Shown here: positions 20,678 through 28,612 of the stretch, piece after piece
Numbering within the stretch: the first letter of the stretch is position 1
Layout: every line of letters starts with the position of its first letter
DNA from: a bacterium
GTDB taxonomy: Bacteria > Patescibacteriota > Minisyncoccia > Phycocordibacterales > UBA6065
Assembly: GCA_030680695.1 (NCBI GenBank)
Contig: JAUXUT010000149.1
Coordinates: 103,801 to 167,800, forward strand
DNA length: 64,000 nucleotides
Reading direction: 5' to 3'
Position numbers and translations under genes: made by a program
The notes under the pieces: model-generated
The model's input: only the letters and a program-made list of their open reading frames with translations
What the model was told of the DNA's origin: nothing
Databases searched by the model: none

Positions 20678-20837
20678 TGCTTCTTGAGACGATTATATCA
20701 CGCGGTGCTTTCAGTTCTTGGTGTGACCCAGTGATATATTGACCAGTCCACGTACGCGATGTAATGTCACAAACAAGACTTTCGTCCTTAATAGCAAGGA
20801 CAGTTCTTCAAAAAGCAACCCCAACGAAAGGCCCAAA

Positions 20838-21560
20838 ATGTCTGAGCAAGTCGTCCCAATCGTCCCTCTCATTGCCCTTGGTGGCGGTCCTGGTGCAGGA
20901 AAGTCAGAAATGAAAGAAATCCTCACCGAGAGACTCCGTCACTACGGCGTTAACGTCTGGTTCATCGAGGAAGTGGCGACAAGCCTCATTCTCAATGGCA
21001 TCAGACCCGATGTTCACGGCAAGTATTTCCAACAGATGCTTGCCAAGATTCAAATCGCTCATGAAGACAGTCAACTGAGCGAGGCGCGCAGCGCGCTCAG
21101 GCGATGGTCATGGAAACGCATCGTTGCCTTCGTGGACCGCGGTCTCCCTGATGGGGCCGGGTATCTCGCGGGAGATGATGTGCGGGCGGCGTTCGAGCAC
21201 GACATCCTGGTTGGGGATTCGGTCCTTGGTCTTAAAATGACCATGGACGATGTCTTTGCCCGGTATGTTGCCAATATTCACCTTGTGACCGCCGCGGACG
21301 GCGCACCCAAGGCGTATATGAGATTCCGGAAGAATAACCCTGCTCGGACCGAGACGGTCAAGCAGGCAAAATACCGGGACAGGCGTATTCTCGCCGCTTG
21401 GAACGATCACCCCAACGTCCGCGTCGTCAAAAACGTGAATGAGAGAGGAAAGACCATTTCTTTCGAACAGAAGACGGAGGTTGTCCTTGGGCACATTTTC
21501 GATATCCTTGGCATCCAGCCAGGTGAGAAGGTGTCCGAGATTGATCTCTCTGTCGGTTAG
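20838..21560 (+). CDS. NadR/Ttd14-like P-loop ATPase (AAA_28)
   Basis: GGPGAGKS Walker A, EVAT, DRGLPDG, HLVTAADGA, NNPARTE; ATG 20838 with GAAAGG upstream. Confidence 0.8.
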   Translation: MSEQVVPIVPLIALGGGPGAGKSEMKEILTERLRHYGVNVWFIEEVATSLILNGIRPDVHGKYFQQMLAKIQIAHEDSQLSEARSALRRWSWKRIVAFVDRGLPDGAGYLAGDDVRAAFEHDILVGDSVLGLKMTMDDVFARYVANIHLVTAADGAPKAYMRFRKNNPARTETVKQAKYRDRRILAAWNDHPNVRVVKNVNERGKTISFEQKTEVVLGHIFDILGIQPGEKVSEIDLSVG

Positions 21561-21600
21561 TTCGTGGCCTCGTCGAAAGACGAGGCCACTTTTTATTTTC

Positions 21601-21990
21601 TTACGCGAAATATCCAACCCACGAAAGGTATGCGCCGATGACAAGCGCGATCACACCAGCGGCAGGCACTACTTTCGCATGAATCGCCCAGTCGCCACTG
21701 CGGTCAGCGAGGCCAGGGAATGTGACACAGATGATGCCTTTTACGAGCAGTCCCCATCCAAGTAATGAGACGACGACCTGCGAGAGGTTTCCCCATACAT
21801 TGTGCCCCATGATGTGCACGATACCCGCAGCCATTGCAACCATTCCGAAGAAAAGTACGGCGAACGATTCCTTTTCGAGGTCACGATAGATGGTGATGTA
21901 ATATTTCCTGCTGAAGAAGAATCCAAGAGCAACCGCTACAAGAATCGGCCCCCAGATCTGCGCGAAAAACGAAGTGAGTTCCATAGACAT
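21601..21990 (-). CDS. Small 4-TM hypothetical membrane protein
   Basis: Four hydrophobic segments, HNVW...LLGWGLLVKG motif. Confidence 0.75.
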   Translation of the reverse strand: MSMELTSFFAQIWGPILVAVALGFFFSRKYYITIYRDLEKESFAVLFFGMVAMAAGIVHIMGHNVWGNLSQVVVSLLGWGLLVKGIICVTFPGLADRSGDWAIHAKVVPAAGVIALVIGAYLSWVGYFA

Positions 21991-22010
21991 ATGTATTATC
22001 TTCTAACTAC

Positions 22011-22121
22011 TTAAGCATAGCACCCTGGATTTTGTTGGCGACTGCCTCGGCGAGCTTGAGGTGCGCATCCTCGCCCAGAATCGCCGATAATGAGAATCCT
22101 TTTGGCGCCGGGTGTTTCCAT
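22011..22121 (-). pseudogene. Chimeric gene remnant (P-loop or GDSL-type N-terminus joined out of frame to an SGNH-like C-terminus)
   Basis: METPGAKRILIIGDSGRG in one frame, then EDAHLKLAEAVANKIQ in another; only 36 codons. Confidence 0.45.
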
Positions 22122-22170
22122 ATTTCAATTGTACTACGACTCGTCGTAGGTGATATAGCCGCAAGCCGCG

Positions 22171-23556
22171 CTACTGCTCGATCAATTCTGTGAATACAAC
22201 GAGCCTTTTTCCGTAGCTTTGGCTTATTGGATCCCATGCGCCAAAACACGACACGAGATTTAACCGCGTGCCTTGTTCGGAATGAAAAATCTCTGATGTG
22301 TCTGCTGTTGCATAGTACACTCGCTTTTCCTTAACGGCGAAACTGATGATGTTCCCATCGATGTCTTCGTAGGAAACAATGTCACCTATGACAAGATCTG
22401 ACAGATTGTCGAATACTGCCGCGCGTTTTTGGAACCAGCCATAGTGGCCGGTGATGACCGAGCTACCTTTTTCTCCTGGGACTGGGCCCTCTGAATATAC
22501 AGACACATCGTCTGGGGAAATTGGTGCGTCCATTGATCCGTCAGGCAGAAGTCCCGCATATCCAATTTTCGCATTCACACCAATAGCGGGAATGATGAGA
22601 CGAGAGTGGGGTCCAAGCAGGGGACGGCTCGTCTCTGTCACTTCATCGGGCCCTATGCCAGAGTTTGGCATATGCGGCGTCACTGGCGAATCGATAATAA
22701 TTATCGGATCATAATTCGAGACAGTTGTTGGTGGATAGGGGAAAATCCTGTTTACACCACTTCTGCCTCCTGATCTGCTGTTTGATCCAGAACTTGATTG
22801 AACTATAGGATCTGGATCGGTGCCTGGATCCGGGTCTGGCGTCACAGATGCACAGTCAGGAACCGAAACCACGTTCGAATCCAACGTGACCGCGCCATTT
22901 TGAGCCAGGACCCTGCCTTCAACCTCTGCTCCAGTGTCGAGCGTTACAGATGTGAGGGCAAGCAAGCTGCCTTTAAAGGTTGAATTGACGCCAAGGGTGG
23001 CTGAGCTTCCGACTTGCCAGAATACGTTGCACGCCTGAGCATCTCCTTCCAGGACGATCGAGCTGGAAACAGCTGTAATCAATGTTGATGCTGACTTGAA
23101 TATAAACACCGCACCTGGATTACCTGAAGCATCGAGTCTTAATGCACCTGTTATTTGAAAAGTTCCGTCTGCAGAGTCATATATTCCTGGACCTATTGTG
23201 GTCGCGCCAAGCTCGCTCGGTATGGTGGTTACTGGAGTTTGTCCTGCCGCATCATTGTACGCCGTGACCAATGCCGCCTTTGCAGATAGGGCAGTCGAAT
23301 CGGCAATATATTGAACACCGTTTACTATTCCTGGTCCAAAGCCAGTGACTGTGTTGTCCGGGCTTATACCGATGTCACCGTTGATAACCGTGAGACCGGT
23401 GTTCGTGATGGCGGATCCTGCCAAAACGGCGAATCCTCCAGCTGTACCAAAACCAACGGCTGTCGGGCCGACAGCATATGCCACAGGGCTGCTCACGAGG
23501 GTGGATATCAAGATGATAGCCACAACACGTATTCTACGTTGGATTGATACGTGCAT
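22171..23556 (-). CDS. Ice-binding (DUF3494) domain fused to class F sortase
   Basis: Signal peptide; FAVLAGSAITNTG, AYNDAAG, AVFIFK, ACNVFWQVGSSATLG; then LIIPAIGVNA, GPVPGEKGSSVITGH, LNLVSC, KRLVVF. Confidence 0.9.
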   Translation of the reverse strand: MHVSIQRRIRVVAIILISTLVSSPVAYAVGPTAVGFGTAGGFAVLAGSAITNTGLTVINGDIGISPDNTVTGFGPGIVNGVQYIADSTALSAKAALVTAYNDAAGQTPVTTIPSELGATTIGPGIYDSADGTFQITGALRLDASGNPGAVFIFKSASTLITAVSSSIVLEGDAQACNVFWQVGSSATLGVNSTFKGSLLALTSVTLDTGAEVEGRVLAQNGAVTLDSNVVSVPDCASVTPDPDPGTDPDPIVQSSSGSNSRSGGRSGVNRIFPYPPTTVSNYDPIIIIDSPVTPHMPNSGIGPDEVTETSRPLLGPHSRLIIPAIGVNAKIGYAGLLPDGSMDAPISPDDVSVYSEGPVPGEKGSSVITGHYGWFQKRAAVFDNLSDLVIGDIVSYEDIDGNIISFAVKEKRVYYATADTSEIFHSEQGTRLNLVSCFGAWDPISQSYGKRLVVFTELIEQ

Positions 23557-23883
23557 AATTTATGTTTTAGGGGACCGTTCCTTAATTTGATTCTATCATA
23601 AATATATACATTTTGTCAAGACCACACCTCGAGGGCTTTTACATGTCTATTATCGTTCCGAGTTCGAGCCCATGACGGGTGCTCAAAACCTTTCCTCCTA
23701 AACGGCGATTTCAGCCGTCCTGGTCGGTCTCACATGACTGTTGCCGTCCTCTCCATCGGTCCTTACAGGACCAGTACCCTGATTGGATTTTTTCTTCGCC
23801 ACAAGAAGGAGAGTGGCTCGAAAAAATGCTCAATCAGGTTTCGATTCCAAGACGCGAGTCCACTGGACTCGCTTCACCTTCAG

Positions 23884-23930
23884 ACACGCAGCAAAATACC
23901 CAGATATCATCTGGGTATTTTGCTGCGTGT
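23884..23930. terminator. 22-bp perfect palindrome abutting the tRNA-Gln 3' end
   Basis: ACACGCAGCAAAATACCCAGAT-ATC-ATCTGGGTATTTTGCTGCGTGT. Confidence 0.75.
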
Positions 23931-24000
23931 TGCCGGACTTGGAATCGAACCAAAATTTTCGCTTTCAGAGAGCGACGTCCTACCTTTAGACGATCCGGCA
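23930..24000 (-). tRNA. tRNA-Gln(CTG)
   Basis: Reverse complement TGCCGGA...TCCGGCA, TCGCT-CTCTGAA-AGCGA anticodon arm, GGTTCGATTCC. Confidence 0.93.
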
Positions 24001-24126
24001 ATTTATGATGCGGCCCGGCGAGGGGCGGGAAGTGGGCGTACCGTACGCCCGCATGGCCGCGATGTCCATAGAAATTAACACAATTGGCGTTTAAAATAAA
24101 GCCTATTCTCTGATATCATACTGTCC

Positions 24127-25056
24127 ATGATTCTCACAACGGTCGTGATGCCGGTCTTGGCCCTGGTTCTGATATTCCTTTTCAGTATCCAGAAGTTCTC
24201 GAACCAGATACGCAAAATTGCGGGCGAGAAGTTCAAGGGCTACCTGAACGCGTTCACAGAGACACCTATTAAAGGCTTTCTGGCTGGTACGTTTTTCACC
24301 GCGCTTGTTCAATCTTCGACTGCGACCACTGTTCTTGTTGTATCGCTCGTCAACGCGGGCGTTCTTACTTTTTACAAGGCTCTGGGCGTAATATTCGGTG
24401 CGAACCTTGGCACGTCGCTTATCACCCAGTTGGTCGCGTTCAATGTGGCGAACATCGCGCCGTACTTTATCGTACTCGGATTTCTCGTCGGGTACCTGGG
24501 CCGTGGGTACAAACATTGGGGCAAGCCGATATTTTATTTCGGTATGGTGTTTCTCTCGCTATCGCTTATCACAAGCTATGTCGAGCCTTTGCGCACCAAT
24601 CCAGAAGTGTTGGTTTTCTTTGCCAACATCACGAATATTTATTGGGCGATAATTGTCGGCACTATATTCACCATTATTGTTCAGGCGTCGACTGTGACCT
24701 CTGGCATGACGGTACTTCTCGCTGCATCGGGTCTTCTTTCGATGGAGCAGGCGGTCGGTCTTATCCTTGGTGCAAACTTGGGTACGACCGTGACGGCGCT
24801 CGTGGCATCGATCGGTATGAATAACGCCGCGTACAAGGCGGCGCTCGCACATTTCTTGTTTAACCTCATTGGGACAATTATTTTGTTGCCGTTCGTTGTT
24901 CCGTTCAGTGCGCTCATTGGGTCTTTGGGTGGCTCGCTCGAGCATCAGGTGGCGAACATACATCTCATCTTCAACTTCTTGATGGCGGTTACGTTCCTCA
25001 TATTCATCAGTCCGTTCGAGAAACTTGTGAACAAAATCGCGGGGTCGCAATCATAA
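24127..25056 (+). CDS. Na+/phosphate cotransporter family protein (no PhoU domains)
   Basis: Repeated VQSSTATT/GANLGTS and VQASTVTS/GANLGTT motifs. Confidence 0.9.
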   Translation: MILTTVVMPVLALVLIFLFSIQKFSNQIRKIAGEKFKGYLNAFTETPIKGFLAGTFFTALVQSSTATTVLVVSLVNAGVLTFYKALGVIFGANLGTSLITQLVAFNVANIAPYFIVLGFLVGYLGRGYKHWGKPIFYFGMVFLSLSLITSYVEPLRTNPEVLVFFANITNIYWAIIVGTIFTIIVQASTVTSGMTVLLAASGLLSMEQAVGLILGANLGTTVTALVASIGMNNAAYKAALAHFLFNLIGTIILLPFVVPFSALIGSLGGSLEHQVANIHLIFNFLMAVTFLIFISPFEKLVNKIAGSQS

Positions 25057-25063
25057 AATAAAC

Positions 25064-25441
25064 ATGGAAGAGTTCGAGAAAATGGCAGCAGATGCATACG
25101 AACGCTTGCCAGACTGGGTGAAAGCCAAGGTTAAAAACGTCGCCATCATTGTCGAGGACGTGGTATCCGCGGACACCATGCAAGAAATGAAACTCGAATC
25201 GAATATGGATTTGCTCGGACTTTATACTGGCATATCGCTCGTTGATCGCGACTATGGCTCGCCATTTGCCTTGCCCGACACCATACATCTGTATCGTTTG
25301 CCGATTGAGGAAGAGGCGGCACTGTCAGGCGAGCCCGTCGCCGATGTTGTTTACGAGACGATTTGGCACGAAATTGCCCATCATTTTGGCCTTGACGAGG
25401 ACGGGGTAGAGAAGCGCGAGAAGGAGGAATTTGGTGGCTGA
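25064..25441 (+). CDS. Zincin-like metallopeptidase (Zincin_1)
   Basis: LLGLYTG, LPDTIHLYR, HEIAHHFG. Confidence 0.88.
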   Translation: MEEFEKMAADAYERLPDWVKAKVKNVAIIVEDVVSADTMQEMKLESNMDLLGLYTGISLVDRDYGSPFALPDTIHLYRLPIEEEAALSGEPVADVVYETIWHEIAHHFGLDEDGVEKREKEEFGG

Positions 25442-25462
25442 ACGAGGCCGTCTTTTCCATGC

Positions 25463-25491
25463 TTGACTTCTCTAGTCAAATTTGCTATAAT
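25463..25491 (+). promoter_or_regulatory. Sigma70 promoter of the DEAD-box helicase, followed by a ~95-nt structured leader
   Basis: TTGACT-N17-TATAAT with TGc extended -10. Confidence 0.7.
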
Positions 25492-25592
25492 AGAAGGATA
25501 GTAACTTAATGGTTGGCGCTACGGCGTAAACCATGACTTGAATCTCTCGTCATATCTTGTGACTTGGCAGACTCGGGTCACCAATAAAGATA

Positions 25593-27113
25593 ATGACCAA
25601 ACCAAAAATAGTAGGCGCCTCCACGGAGGCTGTTGTTGCCGTTCCTGTAGAGTTTAAAGACCTCGGTATTCAACCTGACATACTCGAAATCCTTAACAAG
25701 GCAGGCTTTGTGACGCCGACACCTATCCAGCACAAGGTGATCCCAACGGGCATCGAAGGCAAGGACATCATTGGTATCGCTCAGACGGGAACCGGCAAGA
25801 CGCTCGGCTTCGGTATTCCAATGCTTCATCGTATTCGCGGCGACAAGGGCCGTGGTCTTGTTGTTCTCCCAACGCGTGAACTCGCGTTGCAGGTTGACGA
25901 AACTTTGCGCAAGATCGGAGGTCCTCTTGGCCTTGTGACTTCCGTTTGTATCGGTGGTGATTCTATGACTCGCCAGATGCGCGAGCTCAAACATGATCCG
26001 CATGTCGTTATCGGCACACCTGGACGCCTTATCGACCATCTCAAACGCGCGACCCTTAACCTCGCCAAAATAAATTGCCTCGTCCTCGACGAAGCAGACC
26101 ACATGTTTGACATCGGTTTCGCCCCACAGATTCGCGAGATTTTGAAACGCGTACCAAAGGAGCGCCAGACGATGTTGTTTTCGGCTACCATGCCAAATGA
26201 AATCGCATCGCTTGCTATGGAGCACATGAAGTTGCCTTTGCGCATCGAAGTTGCCCCTGCCGGAACTGCTGCAGAAAAAGTAGAGCAGGAAATAATCGTC
26301 GTTGAAAAGCGCGCGAAGTTTAACCTTCTCGTAAAGCTTCTCGGTGAATATGCAGGATCGGTGCTTGTGTTCAATCGTACTAAACACGGTGCGGCAGATA
26401 TTTCTCGTGACTTGCGCCAGATTGGCATCACCGCGACTGAAATCCACTCGAACCGATCGCTCGGACAGAGGCGCATGGCCCTCGACGGATTCAAGAAGGG
26501 CACATATCGCGTGTTGGTTGCGACCGACATTGCGGCTCGCGGCATCGATGTCAAAAACATCTCGCTCGTCGTGAACTTCGACCTTCCAGAGCAGTCCGAA
26601 GACTATGTGCACCGCATCGGCCGAACTGGCCGTGCTGGTGCAGAAGGTAAGGCGATTTCATTTGCCATGCCTGACCAGAAACGCGACATCATGTCGATCG
26701 AGCGTCTGATCAAGAGGGTTATCCCAACGAAAAGCCATGAAGGTGCGGCAATGTATGACGGTGGTTTCAGTGGCCCGTCTCGCGGCGGATATCGCGGTCG
26801 CGGTGGATACCGTGGCGGCGCATCGCGCGGTGGTAGTGGTGGTGGATACCGCGGCGGAAGCTCTCGCGGATATAACAGTGGTGCCCCAGCGCGCTCTGCC
26901 GGTCCATCTCGATTCGGTCCTCGCCCTTCATACGGCGGATCATCACGATCGGCGGCCCCAGGCGCATCCACCGGCCCGTCTCGTGGTTTCTCGCGTGGAG
27001 GCGGCGGCGGACGATCTGCATTCCCACGCCCACGCAACACTGACTCTTCTAAGTCAGGCAATGGCGGCATCGGTGCAGGCTATCGCCGCGTGTTCCGAAA
27101 AGGAGTTCGATAG
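25593..27113 (+). CDS. DEAD-box RNA helicase with RGG-rich tail
   Basis: PTPIQ, AQTGTGKT, PTRELA, TPGRL, DEAD, SAT, ARGID, HRIGRTGRAG. Confidence 0.96.
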   Translation: MTKPKIVGASTEAVVAVPVEFKDLGIQPDILEILNKAGFVTPTPIQHKVIPTGIEGKDIIGIAQTGTGKTLGFGIPMLHRIRGDKGRGLVVLPTRELALQVDETLRKIGGPLGLVTSVCIGGDSMTRQMRELKHDPHVVIGTPGRLIDHLKRATLNLAKINCLVLDEADHMFDIGFAPQIREILKRVPKERQTMLFSATMPNEIASLAMEHMKLPLRIEVAPAGTAAEKVEQEIIVVEKRAKFNLLVKLLGEYAGSVLVFNRTKHGAADISRDLRQIGITATEIHSNRSLGQRRMALDGFKKGTYRVLVATDIAARGIDVKNISLVVNFDLPEQSEDYVHRIGRTGRAGAEGKAISFAMPDQKRDIMSIERLIKRVIPTKSHEGAAMYDGGFSGPSRGGYRGRGGYRGGASRGGSGGGYRGGSSRGYNSGAPARSAGPSRFGPRPSYGGSSRSAAPGASTGPSRGFSRGGGGGRSAFPRPRNTDSSKSGNGGIGAGYRRVFRKGVR

Positions 27114-27161
27114 AAAAGGCCGTTGACACGCCTCGTCAGCAGGCGTAGTCTTCGCAATAGA

Positions 27162-28388
27162 ATGTCCTCTAAAAACGACTTTTACGTCGTGCGGGAGACG
27201 AAATTCCCGCAACCAATAGGTCATCCAGTTTTTATTATGGCGAGCCCGATTCTCCAGTTTGTCTGGCAAGCTAGCCATATAAAACATGTTTTCAGGTCAG
27301 GGATGTTGAAGCGTAGAGTCCCGGCTGAGCGGTGCGAGACGACGGCGGATCACACCGCTGTCGGCTTTATTATGATGTCCGTTCTCGTCGGCAAGGAATA
27401 CAATCCGGCCTTCCGGCTCCGTACCTTCGAGCAGTGGTCTGTTCATGACTTGGCAGAGAGCGGGCCGTTCGGCGACACACCGCCGGGCGAGATACCCGAA
27501 TATCACAAGAAATGGATGGAGCACACGTGGTTTAAAATAATCACGGAGTCTGTTCCAGGTAAGGATCGTCTCAGGGCACTGTTTGCGGCATACGATACGG
27601 GCATCACGCCCGAAGCCATCGTCGACAAGCAGACAGACAAGCTTGAGGCGGTCGCATATTCGGTGCCGATGAGCTGGCGATACCACGGGGTCGTGCCAGA
27701 GAGATTCATCGAACGACGCAAGGGATATTTCTCTGTCGAGCCCCACAAGGGCTTGTATGAGGAAATCGCTCGTATCGTCATGGAGAATCCTCCGCGACGC
27801 ATGCAAGAGCGCACGTATGCCCGTATGTCGGGACGTGCGAAGCATCCGCGACCGTGCGATCTTCCCATGTTCGCAAAGGCGAGCCCGCTCCTCCAGTTTG
27901 TTTGGCAGGCGAGCAACATCAAGCATGTCTACAATCCGAGGTTCCTTCACTCCGCCATTCCTCCGGAAAAGCGAGAGACTGTCGGTGATCACATCACTGG
28001 TGGACTCTCGATCATTGTGTCGCTCTTCGGTGGTGGGTGCGATCCGTGCAAACGGTTACGTATTTATGAACTGTGGGCGGTGGCGCATCTTGATGATGTG
28101 TTGCTCGAAGTAGTCGGGCCGCGGATTCCTGGTTGGGGTCGTATCAAGGCCTTGGTTGTCGAATTAAGGGAAGGCAAGACAGAGGAAGCGCAGATAGTGA
28201 GGCAGCTTGGACCGCTCGAGACTGCACTGTATGCGATTACTCTGGGTTGGCATATTCCCGAGTTCGACCCATGGCCACATCTAGACAGGTTGGAAGGGTT
28301 CCTTACGGTCCCGGCCTTCGTCGAGTTATACCAGGAGGCGCGGACACTGCTCGAGAAATCCCGGCCGCGTTCGGCCCAGTCGACATGA
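27162..28388 (+). CDS. Tandem HD-domain protein (YfbR/HDDC2 5'-deoxynucleotidase-like; second copy degenerate)
   Basis: IKHVFRSG...ETTADHT...VHDLAE...GDTPP...DKLE in repeat 1; repeat 2 starts with near-identical ASPLLQFVWQAS. TTGACA-N17-TAGTCT promoter at 27123. Confidence 0.75.
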   Translation: MSSKNDFYVVRETKFPQPIGHPVFIMASPILQFVWQASHIKHVFRSGMLKRRVPAERCETTADHTAVGFIMMSVLVGKEYNPAFRLRTFEQWSVHDLAESGPFGDTPPGEIPEYHKKWMEHTWFKIITESVPGKDRLRALFAAYDTGITPEAIVDKQTDKLEAVAYSVPMSWRYHGVVPERFIERRKGYFSVEPHKGLYEEIARIVMENPPRRMQERTYARMSGRAKHPRPCDLPMFAKASPLLQFVWQASNIKHVYNPRFLHSAIPPEKRETVGDHITGGLSIIVSLFGGGCDPCKRLRIYELWAVAHLDDVLLEVVGPRIPGWGRIKALVVELREGKTEEAQIVRQLGPLETALYAITLGWHIPEFDPWPHLDRLEGFLTVPAFVELYQEARTLLEKSRPRSAQST

Positions 28389-28612
28389 AGTTAACATGAC
28401 AACAGTTTGATCATTTTGGTTTTTGTTTTGCGAGACCGCCCAGTAATGGGTGGTCTTTTTTCATACCTGGGACATTTGATTAGTTTTTCATCAAATAAAC
28501 CACGGTGTCGGAAATCATATATGTGCGCGGCGGCGCCTCGCGCCGCTTCGCGGCGCACCGGCGCCGCGCACCCACTGTCAATAATTCCCAAAATACGTTA
28601 GTATGGCCGTCT

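Noticed and set aside
23675-23700. GAGGAAAG on the minus strand suggesting RNase P RNA
   Set aside because: The other conserved RNase P regions are missing and there is too little space downstream.
25578-26612. Long antisense ORFs (here, and e.g. 34121-35266 and 3437-4204)
   Set aside because: They lie opposite well-supported genes and lack motifs; expected from codon bias.
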